64,000 bases of DNA from the human T2T-CHM13v2.0 reference genome, Homo sapiens. The notes beneath the pieces were generated by a model. The model saw only the letters and a program-made list of their open reading frames with translations, was not told the DNA's origin and did not search any database. Location: the NCBI RefSeq assembly GCF_009914755.1, contig NC_060930.1, one strand, 5' to 3'. Made by a program: the position numbers and the translations under genes. Below are positions 1 to 16,860 of this stretch, piece after piece. How positions within the stretch are numbered: position 1 is the stretch's first letter; the number at the start of each line of letters is the position of its first letter.

Positions 1-1510
1 GGCTGTTTCTCTACATTTAACAAAATATCTCCACCCAGTCTAGTCCACCCCCTGGCCACACCAGATCCTCAGGCTCCTGAACGTTCCATTAGGATTGACT
101 TTTGCTTTTTTCTTAGATGAGTCCAGGGGATATTGCAGATGGGTTCTATTTTAACAAATTTAAACAAGTACGAGTTTTTCCTTACACAAACTGAGAGCCA
201 GCCTCACATCCTGTGACTATTTACTTGAACTGTGTTTGAACCAGGACCCTGCCGTTCAAGCACTATGAGACTTTCAACGAAGTACTGGACCTCTCTGAGT
301 TTCCGTTTTCCCATGAATAAACAGATCTATATATATGGCAGGATTATAAATGTTGCATAAAATATTATATGTTTCATGCCCAAATAATACTGGCTCACAG
401 AAGGGTCTCAATAGTAATTATTTTGTTATTTACCATGGAAGAAAATCCTGGATGTTGTCATGAAAAACAAAAGGTAAGCATTGATTCCAAAGTGGGCAAA
501 GATAAAGTATAAGGAAATTTACAAATAATTTATACAGCATTCTCTGGAATTCAGAGTACCCAATAATTTCAAGAAAATAACAATTAATCATCAAGAAACG
601 AACTCTGTTAAGTTGTATAAGGCTCTTTAAGACAGAGTTTGTAGGGTGCTTGATAAACCTGGATTGGTAATGTCTGATGTAGACTTTGCTGGAAGTTTTA
701 TTTTCTATGCAGTCAACACAGTGCCGCTAACTAGAGAAGTCATATTTTGAAGATCATGGTGCCACTAGTGCGTACCCTCTGCTCCTCTGTTGAGTTTCTC
801 TCTGGGGGTGGGTGGGGAAGCATAAGCACTCTCCTATATTATTAAAATGGGGATATTTAATAAGACTCTGGGCTGGGGGTGGAGGATGGAGTGGGGGTGC
901 ATACAAAACAGTGTAGCTCTTGAAGAGAATGGGCAGGATGACCTCATATTTTCCTTTATCTCATTTCTACAGTTCTCTAATAAAATGTTTTCATTATGGA
1001 AAAAAATTCAAATTACATGGAATATTTAAATAGCCTTTTATCTTTTGCAGTTGTGTTTATGTCTATGTGTTTATTACTAATAAAAAAGAACCGTTTATAT
1101 GTATGTAGCATCAATTTTCTGGAAGAAACCTATTTTTAACTTCCACACAGTATTTTCCTGTGTGGTGGATGATAATGAATAGTAAAATGGGTCAGTCTGT
1201 GGGCTGAAGAGGCAAATCTAATGGATCACTGTTGTAGCTGACAAGCAATCTTTCATTCACGACCTTTGCTTTTCTTATAGAGTTGAACTTGTCTCAGTCC
1301 TTTCTGGATGTGTCTCAAAAATGCAGATAATCATTAACCGCTGTGTCATAGGCTGGTTAATTAAACAAGCAGGTCAGTAAACCACAATAGCGGCTTTCAT
1401 CAGATCACAGATTACATCCTCCTAGAGGTTTTAGCCAGAAAAATGTGTGAAACAGAACATTTCTAATCTCCTAAACAACATGCATTTCAACTTGGACACC
1501 TGCTGTAGTG

Positions 1511-1730
1511 CTGTGATTCTCAACCAGGGTTGGTTTTGCCTCCCAGGGGACATTTGGCAATGTCTGAAGATGTTTTTGGTTGTTACCACTGGAGGATGCT
1601 ACTGGCGTCTAATGGCTACCTATTAGACTAGGGATGCAGCTAAGCCTCCTCCAGTGCAAAAGATAGCCTTCCACAACAAAGACTTGTCCAGCCCAGAATG
1701 TCAGGAGAGCCTAAGTTGAGAAAACCTGCT
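1511..1730. mobile_element. MER20 (hAT-Charlie MITE)
   Basis: Characteristic ttctcaacc...ggggacatttggcaatgtctg...gttgagaaa sequence with inverted ends. Confidence 0.8.
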
Positions 1731-1850
1731 GTAACTATAGATGCCAATGTGGTCATTTTAAATTATAGACTGTCCAAAGAGAAAACAGAGCCGATAGTAT
1801 CCTCACCTTCATCAAGTGGTTATTTATATCTCACAATGTGACATACCCAG

Positions 1851-2272
1851 TGTGTTAGTCCTTTTTTGTGTCACTATAAAGAAATACCTGAGGCTAAGTA
1901 ATGTATAACAAAAAGAGGTTTAATTGGCTCTTGGTTCTGCATGCTGTACATGAAGCATAGTGCCAGCATCTGCTTTTGGTGAGGCCTCAGGAAGTTTACA
2001 GTCATGGCAGAAGGCAAAGGGTGAGCCAGTGCATCACATGGTGAGAATGGGAGCAAGAGAGAAAGGAAGGAGCTGCCAGCCTCTTTTAAACAATCAGATC
2101 GCCCATGAACTAATAGAGCAAGAACTCGCTTATCACAAAGGGGGGATAGTGCTAAGCCATTCGTGAGGGATCCACCCCCATGATCCAATATCTCCCGCTA
2201 GGCCCCACCTCCAACACTGGAAGTCACATTTCAACATGAGATTTGGAGGAGACAAACATCCAAACCATATCA
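1851..2272 (-). mobile_element. MST-type (MSTB-like) MaLR solo LTR
   Basis: TG...CA ends, 5-bp TSD CCCAG (1846-1850, 2273-2277), MST consensus similarity. Confidence 0.9.
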
Positions 2273-2839
2273 CCCAGTCTGAATTAAAGTGATCAAATTT
2301 ACAAAAGAATGAAGTTAGAATGTCTGACATCAACATCCCCCATCCTCTCATCACCTTTTCTCAGTGTACATGCTCACTGTGGAAAATATACACAAGCAAA
2401 AGAAGATACCAACATTCATAACACGATTCAGATATAGCTATCCTACACATGTAGATGGTTTTCAAAAATGAAATCATATTATATATATTTCTTTATAATG
2501 TGCTTTTGTAACATAATATGTTATATAGTTTATGTATTAAATAATATGTTGTTTGGAATTTGCTTAACAACAATCTAGTGGGGAGATGGGAGAGAAGTGG
2601 GAGTATAAATGAAGCAAGAATGGCTGTGAGTTGATCATTGTTGTAGCTAGATGATGGGTTCGCAGCTCTTTATTTTTGAGCATGTACGAAATTTTCCATA
2701 TGGAAAATGTCCTTAAACAGTAACCTGTTAACTACAACATGTACCATATTAACCATTCTTCCATTGTCGAACAGTTGGATAATTACCAGTTTTTCATTTT
2801 TATAAACAATGCTGTGATGGACATCTTTGTAGCTAAATC

Positions 2840-3495
2840 TGATGGAGCAGATATGCAGTGTGAGAGAAAGAAAGAAGTCAAGAATGATTCCGAGGTTTTT
2901 TCCTGAGTAACTGGAAGAATTAAGTTGCTGTTAACTGAGAAGGGAAAGACTCAACTAAGAGCAATTAGAGTAGAAAATCCAGTAAGATTTTGGTAGTCCC
3001 GTTAAGTTTGGGAAACCTATTGGACATACAAATGGAGATGTGGCATAGGCAGTTGGATCTAAAAGACTGAAATTCAGGGGAGTGGTGAGGGCTGGAAATA
3101 GAAAACTGGATCGTCAGCATACAGGTGTGAAATATCTGAAGGCTTAGTTCTGGGGTTCACCAGTTTAAAGTCAGGAAGATGAGCATCCAACAAAGGCTAC
3201 TGAGATAGGTAAGCAGTAAGGTAAGAGAATGTGGTGTTCCAGAAACCAAATGAAGAGAGTATTTCTAGAAGGAACAGACTGAGAGGTCTAATACGATGTG
3301 GACTGGAAACTGACTCTGAGATTTGGTAACATAATGCCTTGTTTATGATGTCTTCCCCAACTAGAATGTAAGCTCCACGAGGTCAGGGACTTTGTTTCCA
3401 TTGATTATTGCTATAATCCTGGTGCCTAGAACAGTATCTGGCATGTAGTATATGCTCAATAAATAGTTGTTGAATTAAAGAGTGAGGAATGAATC
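2840..3495. mobile_element. L2 fragments (a minus-strand piece, then a plus-strand 3' end)
   Basis: L2 3' end motifs ctagaatgtaagctcc...ctcaataaata...gaatgaat. Confidence 0.65.
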
Positions 3496-3901
3496 AAGTC
3501 TGTGTGCATTCATAGTTATTTTGTCACATTAAATTCTTAAGAGTAGAATGCTACATGAAGGCAAAATCATAAGTCTTTCAGTGTGAAGTTCTATCATTAA
3601 TTTTTAAGTCCACCAAAAAAGGCTGTTTTAATCCCATTTAAAGCCATCAAATATTCCTTTGTTATTGTTGGGAAACCTCAAAGGATAGCCTTAAGCCAGC
3701 GCCTAACAGAAGGATGAACTAAGCACAGTTTATTTTTAGTTTCCTCCTATTCTCCTGTTGCTACACTTGAACCCATTCTTCAACTCCCCTCAAATGCCAA
3801 TCCCAAGCCACATCCCAGGTAGGATTTGTGTTCACTGGGCTGTCAATTAGTTTTCTCCTCTCCACCCTAAAGGTGTAGCTAAATGTTAAGATACTAGCTC
3901 A

Positions 3902-4195
3902 GGCCGAGCAAGGTGGTTCAGGTCTGTAATCCCAGTACTTTGGGAGGCTGAGGTGAGTGGATTACCTGAGCTCAGGAGTTCGAGACCGCCCTGGGCAACA
4001 TGGTGAAATCCCATCTCTACCAAAAATACCAAAAAATTAGCCAGGCATGGTGCTGTGTTCCCATGGTCCCAGCTACTCGAAAGGCTGACTAAGATAGGAG
4101 GTTTGCTTGAGCCTGGGAGGTTGAGGCTGCAGTGAGTCGAGATCATGCCACTGCACTCCAGCCTGGGTGATGATGGAGTCAGACCCTGTCTCAAA

Positions 4196-4230
<35 letters not shown>

Positions 4231-4232
4231 GA
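3902..4232 (+). mobile_element. AluJ with (AAAT)n tail
   Basis: Dimeric Alu; TSD AAGATACTAGCTCA at 3888-3901 and 4233-4246. Confidence 0.95.
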
Positions 4233-6498
4233 AAGATACTAGCTCACCATGACTTAGGACCCTAACAGAAACATCTGTGTTCAAGAAAGAACCCACCACA
4301 ATGAAAGCTTTCGAGACCTAGAACAAAGTTATAATAGAATGACAGACACTGGAACTGCTATTTGAGGCTGGGAACCCTGCCTAAAATCACACCACTGCCT
4401 ATTCCACAACCAAATAAGGCTGGCTCTGGGCTGGTCTTATGGAAAATGCCTGGGGAATGTCTTAATGCCCAGGCCTGGCAGGGAAAGAGAGCACAAGGCT
4501 TCCCTGCCTCTTTTTAGTTCCCCCTTACACCCGTGTTCTCCCATTCTTACTCTAACATTTGTGGACTTGTTTTATCCTTCCTCTACCGGGGATGTTTCTC
4601 AGGCATTGGGATGGGGGTCTTAATCACTTCTGCACCACCAGCAATGCCTTGTATGGGGCAGGCCTTAATCATGTCTCTGGAATTGTTAACAGACAACAGA
4701 CATCGCACCCCAATTCTGCTGGAGTCAGACTCAAGATACCACAGTTCTTGTTGCTAATCCATCCTAACCTAAAAAGAATCATAGTCAAACCCATATTGGC
4801 TGGCTCACAAATAATAATACCTCCAACCTGGTACCTTTTTGTTTCCCTGAAGGAACTTGGAAAGAATCAGGGAATGCATCACATAAGCCACTGGGGCACA
4901 AAGAACTAAGGTCAAAGATGTGGATGTGGGGAGAACAGTGCATGGACAGGGTGGACACTGCAGTGGTGGCTCTGAGGGAACCCTAGGCTTTGGAGCCCTT
5001 GGGCAGGAAGTTCTGATGAAAGACGCAACATACACAGACAGACACACACACCCACTTCCTTGGATGTGTTCGGAAAACACATCTGAGGCATTGTTAGAGA
5101 GGTTTATTTACAAACATTAGCTCCCACAATGAGGCATTCCTGGATTCTATGACAATGAAAGGGCTTAGGTTAGGAATGATCAAAACATCTTTTTCATAGG
5201 ACCACCTACACAGTGTGGACCCTCCTGCACCTTCCACTCATCTCAGCATTATAACACATGCCAGAAATAATCTCCCAGCTACAGATCACTTTGAAGTCAA
5301 AAACATTCCTGGTTAAAACTTTCCCAAAGTCAAGGGCTTTTAAAAAAACCTTTTAAGGTCAGAAACGATTACCAGGCAACTGACAGGATAAAGTGAGGCA
5401 CAGCATGCTTAAAGGCAAAAATCTCAGGGCTGTGTCATTTCAACTTAGCTTGTGAATGTACTAAAAATCCTGAGGTCAAAAGCCATTTTTCTTTCTCATC
5501 GCATTACTGCTTTTGCCCTGGGGAAAGTCTAAGAACTATATTATTTTCAGATCATAATACGGAGGCTCTCACACTTAAGTGTACATGAGAATACCCCAGG
5601 GAGTTATTCAAAGGCAGGTTCAAAAGCCCCACCTCCAGAGAGTTTTAAGTCAGTGGTGACTCCCCCAAAGCTAAGCTACAGGTGGTCCATGATCAAACTT
5701 TTAGAAACCCTGGCACACTGGCTCCCACCATGGTGACGGTTGAGGGTCAGGGGGCAATATGTAGGGAGCAGTTTATTACAAGGTGTCCTTGTACCCATGG
5801 GTGCAAATGTTCTCCCTCAAACCTCTAAGCACAGTTACTAGCAGTTTTAGGCATTAACAAGGGGCCTTCATATTCAAAAGAGCAGGAGCTCCCTTGGCAG
5901 CCATTCTGTTCTCCCCCCAGAACCTCACGGGGAAGTGAAGGGAGTGCAAAAGGAACTTTCCTTCCTTCCTTCTTTTCCTCCTTCCCTCTCCCCCTTCTTC
6001 CTTTCTTCCTTCCTTCCCCTATTTGCTCTGGGAATTTCCCAAAGCTGTAGAGTGAAAGGAAGGAGTTGTGATTACCCATATGTAGCTTGTACAGTGAGAG
6101 CCTGTCCCTTGATTATTCTGATGAGGCAGTAGCACCCAGAAATCTTCAGTGCCCTAGCTGGGATGCAATGCCCGTCCGCTCACGAGTTACCCTTACCCTC
6201 TGTGCTTTGTTCCCTCATCTTTAAAATGAGAATAATAATAACAGTAATAATAGTAACTTCCTCATAGGGTACTGAGGTATTGTCATGAGATGGTTAAATG
6301 AGCTAACATATTTGAAGCACTGGGCACACGGTGCTATCATATATAATTTGTTATTGTTGCCATTCTCTATAAATCATAAAAGACATTTATTTTAGTTTTG
6401 CACCCATTTATGCTCCTTTTTCTCTTGCCTTCAGGTTGAATTGTTTGGGGCTTGGGCTTAATGGATCTCAACTCAACTGAAATAAGAGGAGAAATGAA

Positions 6499-6630
6499 GC
6501 TGGGCACCGTGGTGTGTGCCTGTGGTCCTAGCTGTTCAGGAGGCTGAGGTGGGAGGATTGCTTGAGTCCAAAAGTTGGAGGCCAGCCTGGACAACATAGT
6601 GAGACCCCTCTCTCAATTACAAAAAAAAGA
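6499..6630 (+). mobile_element. FLAM (Alu monomer)
   Basis: Single left-arm-like monomer with A tail. Confidence 0.8.
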
Positions 6631-9600
6631 GAGCAAGAGAGAAGATAAATGGAAACCAGAGCTGTGCTGCTGTTGCTACTAGCAAATCCCTAGTCTTTTT
6701 CCTTGGAGTCATCATATGCCAGGGAGTATCTCACTAAGGTTTCTGTTATTTCTGGGAAAGCACATTGATCCTATTTAACTAGCGGATCTTTCCCTTCCCT
6801 TTCGACCTGTGCTATTCTAAAACAGCTCCTTTCTTCCTTTCATCTCTGCTTTCTGTGGGGTTTGTGTGCCATGTAACCACACCACTTTTCTCTCCTTCAC
6901 CTTTCTCTTCCTGTTTTCTGTGCTCACTTCACACTTTATTTCTCTTCAAAGCATGCTCTTGGCACTGCTCCAGCTCTATCACCTGATTCCTTATCACTGG
7001 CCCCTTGGAATAGCTTCAGCCCTGATCATTTGTGAGTTAGCAGCATCAGTATTTGATACAAATCCAATTACAGAGCACACTTCACCCCATCCTTCCCTCA
7101 AAAATGTTTCTAGTGTTAAAGACAAGAGTAGCTTCCTCCCCAGAGAACAGAAGGCCAGGGGCTACTCTGCCTCTCCCACCCCAGTGGCTCAGGTGGTTGT
7201 TCAGAGAGGGAGGCAAATGCTGTCTGCAAGAATGTTGCTGTCGCTAAGACAGAAGGAAGAAGAAATAGTTCCCTATCAGAAAGGGCATCCAGGAGAAAAG
7301 CCCCTGTAGGATGGATGACAAAGAAGAGTGGGGAAGAGTCTGTGTCTTGCTATTTTCCTGCCGGCGTGTGCACATTAGCTGCTTCAACCACCGACTATGA
7401 GATCACTGGCAAGGTTTTTAACAGCAGTCCTTATTTTAATGTCTTTGTGGTTTTTAAATTCTGCCTTAATGTGGGGAAAGAGTATGTAAAATTCAGGAAA
7501 CAAATTCCCATTATTGCTATAACTTTGGCCCCACCAGGTATGAAAGCATGTAGCTGCCTCTGCGGTGACTGTTTACCAGTCTCAGTCCCACAGCAGATGC
7601 AGGGTGGGATGTGGATGGTGAATTATTCATTTTGCCTCCCTGCTGGTAACCAGTCTCTGGCACCGAGAGGAGCTCAGTGAACAGAAGATGCAGCAGAGGA
7701 TGTCAGGAAACCCACAATGCTGAACTTGGTGTATGTGGACCTGACCTTCAGGTGCCCCCATTCACTGTACCCCAGCACCTGCTGTGCTTTCCTGCCTCTG
7801 AAACTTGTCACTCCCCCTGCCTGAAAAGAACACTATGAGCCCTGCCATGGAAATGGGATGGTTCTAGATAGGTCTGGAAAAGAGCAGGCTGAGAAGTTTG
7901 AATTGCATTAAATGGGCCACGGGGAGTCACTGATGGTTTCTGAGCAGAAGACACTGGCATGATTTGAAGCAGGGCCTCATTAAGATCTGCATGGACTCCA
8001 AGAATGCAGGTTGTGGTACTCCCCAAGCCCCCACCTTATATTATTCAAAATAAAACAGTACCAAACTGTAAAACACAAAACATCAGATATGCTGACATTG
8101 AAAAAGCTTGATTCTAGATAGACCTTCTGAAGCCAAGAAGAACCTTTTTCCAGGCCTTTTTCTGTTTCTTACCACCAAAGACTGAAATGAGTCTCTTTCT
8201 TTACCATAGAACATTCTACCAGAAACTTACAGAATGTTATAAGTTTTGAACACAGAGATTTAACAAAATAAAGTGGCCATTGCCCAACTGTGCATTTTCT
8301 TTACACAAAATTAGATAATGATGTAACATAATTATTTCAGAATAAATCATCTCACTTTTTTTTTGCAGCCTCACAGAATGCACCAAGAATAGCCTCATAG
8401 CAATGTTATAATGTACATCTAAAGTGTCTTTCTTGAAGCACTTAAAAGCTACACTGATGAAATTTCTAGGGAATCTTGATTTCGTACATTTGATACATTA
8501 GATTAGAGCCTTCCTAAGTTTGGTGGATGATAATGAAAATTGTTTGCAAGCCACATCATCATATTCCAGCACTCAATTTCAGCATAACAGGGGATGTGGT
8601 GAGCATTAAGCATTACAATATGACCAGATAAATCCTTCATGTTGCCTAATTCTGGATTAACAGCAAAATGATGTTGACTTCACAGGGGCCCTCCAGCCCT
8701 GAGCTTTGTTAACAAATTAAATGTGAAAAGGAGGTACCTAAACTTTCATTGATAAGAAATAAAAATGAAAGCTAAATCCATAACCCGTCACAATCAAATC
8801 TCTTTAAAACATAGAAACCCTCTTTAACACAAAGGTCTTTATCTTTTTGACCATAATGCCTTAATGAAGTACAACTATTTCTATGTAGTCTGCCTCAAAT
8901 CCCACGTTAAACAAAGGAGAGAAGTTTCATTATGTTTCAGGCTTTAACAACCCAGGATAAATTGGCTGTGTTTGTCTATTATTCATCACTATTGTTAGAA
9001 CTTAAGTCTTTGTTACTGACAGGGGTGAAACTTAGCTGGGCAGATCAATAGAATTAGTTCTCCCCTCAGACAATAGGAAGTATGAAGATAATGACTAGCA
9101 ATGACTTAAAAAAATTTCTGCCTTTCATTAGCAGTTCATGTTCCAGGAAAGGCTTTTTGAGCTGCTGAACAAAAGATTGCTCCTAAGGTTCAACAGCTTC
9201 ATGTATCAGAGAAATTTTCTGCAACTCTGAAACCTATAAATGCCTGGCCAAAAAAATATACATATATATATACACACACTATGCACATTCCACTCTCAAA
9301 ACCATAAGGAAGCCTTTATAACTAAGGTGATCAACGCTAAACTCTGCATTACTATATTGAAAGCCATCAACAGCCATGAGGTCAGAATAGAAAGTAGAAA
9401 GTATACACTAAACAAAATGCTTCAGCAAGAAAAACAGCTTTGATCTTAGAAGACAGACTTCTCTGACTGGCTTTGCACTTTGGCCCCACATGGTTTTTTT
9501 GGAAAATACTTGTCATGAAATTTTATGATCTGCTAAAAAAAAAAACAAAAGTGTAAAAATATTCTTTCTTACCTACCTCACAAGGATGTTGGGAAGATTA

Positions 9601-10413
9601 AAATTAGATAGTTGTGAAAGTTTCTAATTCTCCTAGGAAAGCCTGCAGAAATACTTTGTGGATAAACCCCTTTGTTGCAAGCTTAAAATAGTCATAATGA
9701 ACCCAACTCAGCCTTCTCCCGTTAAAAGCCCGGGATTATGCTGATCAAGCAGTCATTTCCCTCGTCTCTGAATAGCTCTTTTAAATCATTCCACTCATAG
9801 CCCAAAAGTATTTAATACATGACTGACAAAAAGGAAAAAAAAAAACAAAACACATAGTTTCTACAAACCCTTCCTGGGTTATCCGACAGAGAAATCTCAG
9901 CAGCCCTGCCTTGTCTAGGATTGAAAGTATTCCCCTGTGACCCCCTCACATCTTTTCTTCTGAATACATTTTCCTTTGTCTACTTCCAAATATAAGAACT
10001 AGCAAATGCATTGCCTACTGTTCATATACCCACTTTACATTTGTACATGTCAGTATTTTCTACTCTTTCACATAAGCCTTAATGGGTATAGGCATGGCCC
10101 ATCCTCAACAAAACGTATCTTCCTATACCTCTGTGCTCAGCACACCACCACCCCTTGGAAACAAACTCTTCTGACCTGAGCAGAGAGCCAATATATGTGG
10201 ATTTCCCAAACATTTCCACCTTTTACTGCAACAACCCTCCTCATCTCCAACTCTACATTATCAAAGCCAACTCTCAGATGAGACCTGCAACACATTCACA
10301 TTAAGTTGTAAACCCACTAGTGTCTGCTTGAAGAGCTGTGCCTTCTCAGGCATTGTTCCTTTTATGCATCTCCTTCAGACACTGACACACCATCCCTCTC
10401 CACACTTCAAGTA

Positions 10414-11704
10414 CGACGGGTCTCCAAAAAGTTCATAAAAAGTGCCTATTATGAAAAAATTATGCATGAATTTCAAAAGTTTCTTGCACCAAAATCAACT
10501 CCTACTAACTTGTTATAACATGACTGAACAGGATCTAGTTATGAGGCACTAAGAAGGATAAGACATCAGTCTAAAAGAGCCCTGATCAGAGCAACACGAA
10601 TTCTGCTAAAGCTGGAGCAGGAACAAAAATAAAATTTACAGTGAAGCTTGGGTAAAAGAATGGTGAAATCACTGATGCTTTTTGAAAAGTTGATGGGCAC
10701 AATGCCCCAGAGAAATCAGCAGTTTATAAATAGATAACTCTTTTGAAGAAGGGATGAGATGATGTTGAAGATGAAACCCAGAGCGGCAGACCATCCATGT
10801 CAATTTATGAGGAAAAAATTAATCTTGTTCATGCCCTAATTGAGGAGGACAGACAATTAATAGCACAAACAATAGCCAACACCACAGACATCTCAATTGA
10901 TCTGGCTTACAGAATTCTGAGTGAAAAACTAAAGTTGAGCAAACTTTCCACTTGATGGGTGTCAAAACAGTTGTGCCCAGATCAGCTGCAGAGAAAGGCA
11001 GAACTTTCAACAGAAATTTTAAACAAGTGGGATCAAGATCCTGAAGCATTTCTTAGGAGAATTGTAACAGGAGATGAAACACAGTTTTACCAGTGTGATC
11101 CTGAAGACAAAGCACAACCAAAGCAATGGCTACCAAGGGGTGGCCATGGTCCAGTCAAAGCAAAAGTGGACCAGTCAAGAGCAAAGGTCATGGCAATGGT
11201 TTTTTGGGATGCTCAAGGCATTTTTCTGGTGGGCCAAAGAATGATAATACCTGTTTATGATGAGAGTGTTTTGAAAAAGTTAGCCAAAGGTTTAGGAGAA
11301 AAATGCCCGGGAAAACGTCACTAGAGTGTCCTTCTCCTCCATGACCATGCTCCTGCTCATTCCTCTCATCAAACAAGGGGTATTTTGTGGAGTTTTGATG
11401 GGAAATCATTAGGCATCCCCCTTAGACTTAGGAGTACAATGCAGCTCCTTCTGACTTCTTTCTGTTTCCTAATTCTTCAAAAAAATGTGTAAAAGGCACG
11501 CATTTTTTCTCAGTTAATAATGTAAAATAGACTGCCTTGACATGGGTAAATTCCCAGGGCCCCCAGTTCTCTAGGGGTGAACTAAATGGCTGGTATCATG
11601 ACTTACAAAGGTGTCTTGAACTTGATGAAATTTCTGATGCAAATCAAGTTTATATTTTCTACATTTTAATTTCGTTTTTCCATGAACTTTTTGAAGTCTC
11701 CTTG
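10414..11704 (+). mobile_element. HSMAR2 mariner transposon, full length, transposase pseudogene
   Basis: TA flanks (10412-13, 11705-06), ~30-bp TIRs; remnants IVTGDE, HDHAPAH and APSDFFLF; start codon is ACG (10596); stops at 10953 and 11322. Confidence 0.93.
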
Positions 11705-11969
11705 TATATTTTCTCCCACAACTTACCCCCAGTGAGAACGGAGAGGAAATTCTCTTCCTATTAAAAGTCACTACATATAACAGATAAAATTTCAGGTTAA
11801 ATTTTAGGGCAGTAAAGTCAAGAAACAGAGGATATTCTGAGGACCCTGAAGTCACTGGGCTTGGGTGCTTTTTAGTCTGCCTGCAGGCTAACCTGGCCCT
11901 GATTACAGGGTTACATGGTTCCAAGGCACTGAGAACTGAATGGTGGTGATGGCTCCTCTGGCACCTGAT

Positions 11970-12895
11970 TATTTGTACCTCCCACCCCCTTCACTAAACC
12001 TTCTCCTCCCTCAATGTTTTCCATCTCAGAACACAGCAGCTTCATTCATTCAGATGCTCAAACCAAAAGCCTTGGAGTCAGCTTTACCTCCTTTTTTATT
12101 TTCACGTCCAACATCTATCCATTAGCAAATCCTGTAATTCGAACCTTCAAAATACATACTGAATGCAGCCACTTCTTGTCCCCTCTGCCACTCTAGGCCA
12201 ACCCATTCTCCTCTTCCTGCTGGACTGTTGCAATGGCCTCCTCACTGCTTTCTCTCTTTTCATTTTCTTGCCCCATCTTCAGTTAGTTATCTACATAGCT
12301 GCCAGAATAATGAGATCATGTCATTTCTTTATCCTCAACTCTCCAACAGCCTCCCATTGTGCTTAGTACACAATCCAAAAGCCTTACCATGGCCCCAATC
12401 CTGCAGGATCTGACCTGGGTCTACATCTCTGACCCAATCTTCTCCCACTTCCTTCTTGCTCATTGCACCCAGCCATATTGGCCTCCTTGCTGTTGCTTGT
12501 ACATGCCAAACACACTCATTCTCTTAGAGCATTTGCACCTGCTGTTCCTTCTGCCTGGAATGTCCTTCCCCAGATATTCACATGGATCATAATTCCCTCA
12601 CTTCACTCAGGCTTCTATTCAAGTGCCACCTGCTCAGAGAGGCCCAACCAAAGCACTCTATGTAAAATAGCAGACACTGATTCTCCCTATTAAAAATACG
12701 TTTTTTTCTTCACAGCACTTACCACTACCTCAAATTAGGGTATGTACTTATGTATGGTGTCTCCTCCAGTTGAATATAAGCTCCATGAAGACTAGACTTT
12801 TGTCTCATTCACCACTCTTTCCCCCTGTTTGAAAACATTGGTGACCTCACCACTGGCACTTAATAAATATGTCTTTGTTTAATTAATTAGTTAAT
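11970..12895 (+). mobile_element. L2 (L2a-like) 3' portion
   Basis: Typical L2 text (tttgcacctgctgttccttctgcctggaatg...ataagctccatga...taataaata). Confidence 0.8.
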
Positions 12896-13404
12896 TTTGC
12901 AGACTTGGGGCACCACGAATCTAGGATCACCAACCTCCAAGCATTACTTGGTGATCAATTTCATGTGCCCCTGGTCAGATATCTTTCATATGGCTCTTCT
13001 AAAACTTCACTCCTCTCTTCAAACTCCTTCTCCATCCTGCAGTATCCCACCCATTATCAGCAAATGATTCTGCTTTCCACCTTACAGGGAATAACCAAGG
13101 TCATTAAATGAGAAGTCCAGCAGAGTCTTTATACATGCCTACAAATGTGCCTACATCCACTTCCCCTTGCTAGCCTTCCTCCGCCTCAGTGGAGGAGTTC
13201 TCTCTACCATCTTCTCCCCTGCCTTCCCCAAGGGACTCTGTACATCAAGGTCCCTTGACTTTTGCCCACATTAACCCTCTGTGGCTTGGATCTTCCTTTT
13301 CTCCCATCCTAGGGCCTGTTTCCCTCAGCATCTGAGCATTTTCAAGTCTCTCCCATCTGAAATGGCTCTCCCTGTACCTTGCTTCCCATAGAAACCAACA
13401 GATG

Positions 13405-13762
<358 letters not shown>

Positions 13763-15079
13763 TCACTCCTCAATCCCCTGCATTTTGGTTCTCACTTGCA
13801 ACCTCCCAGAGAAACTACTGGGCAAAGTCCCCAGTATCCTCCTAAATACCAAAAACAGTAGGTCTTTTTCTCTTTTTATATTATTCTTTTTAAAAATTAT
13901 ACAATTAACATCCCTTTATAACACAAAATGTAATCACGGTAAATCTATGTGTAGATGAAAACAAACATCTCCCACAATTCTTCTCCAAAACAATCAAGGT
14001 TAACATCTTGAGGATATATCTCCAATTCTTCTTTGGTATACAATGAAATGTAAATATTTATACTTCGTTATTAATATTTTTTCAAAAAAGATATTAGAGT
14101 ACATCATTATTTGCAACTTGCTCTATTTAGCATATCCTGGTCACATTTTCATATTTGTACATATAGATTTACAATGTTTTGAATGATTTCATAGCACTCC
14201 ATCATGTAGATGTACCAAAATTTATTTAGGATAAATTACTAGGAGAGAAATATAGGGTCAAAGGGAACAAATATTTTTTAATTTTTAAAACAACTGAGAC
14301 TATTTCCTTCTAAAAAGTAATTTATACATTCACCTATAGTTTATAAATGTCTATTTCTCCACAACCTTGGAAATCAACTTTCCCTATAATCTTTGTTGGT
14401 TTGGTAAGTGGAAAACTAAATCTCATTGTTGAGCTATAATTATTTAAATAAAAGTAACATTGGACATATTTTCACAGATGTATCAGTCACTTGACTAGTC
14501 TTCTGTGACTTTCTTGTTCATATCATTTGCATATTTTTCTATTGGGTTGCCCATTTTTAAATCTTACTGACTCGTAAGGACTCTCTCAGTCTTACAGATA
14601 TTAACCTGGTGGTCATTATTCATCCCACAATAGTGGTTGAGAACCTACTGTGTACCAAGCACTGACTAGATATTGGAGTTACACCAGTGAGCATCACAAA
14701 GAAGCCCTTTTCCCTGCTGGAAGGAATGGAGTAGCTTCTAGAGACTGAAGAAAGATTCCTAGCATGATGGAAGTGTCTTGTTTCACAGATTAAAGGTATG
14801 TATTTGTAGAACTATGTCCCTGCAGAATTAGAGAAATCATTTTCTTTCTAATTCTGGGTGTAGACTGTCCTACTCTCAAAATGATTGTTTATACTAGAGC
14901 AACACGTGCAGAGAACGACCCTATGGCTACATGGCTGGGGGTTTGGGTTCCAATATCCAGGAAAGGTTCAAGGGAAGAGGGCTTGAAGCTGCACAAAGAA
15001 AGGATTAGAAATGACATCCCTGCATGAGGCATGGGAAACCCGTGAAGTGTGGGCCTATCTGTGAGGAGAACCATAAAAA

Positions 15080-16860
<1,781 letters not shown>

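Noticed and set aside
3886-4299. Alu-derived ORFs (also 13520, 34618, 42866, 45546, 54290, 57365)
   Set aside because: They are translations of Alu sequence.
10959-11324. 121-aa transposase ORF as a domesticated gene
   Set aside because: It is a stop-bounded fragment of HSMAR2 with no ATG start.
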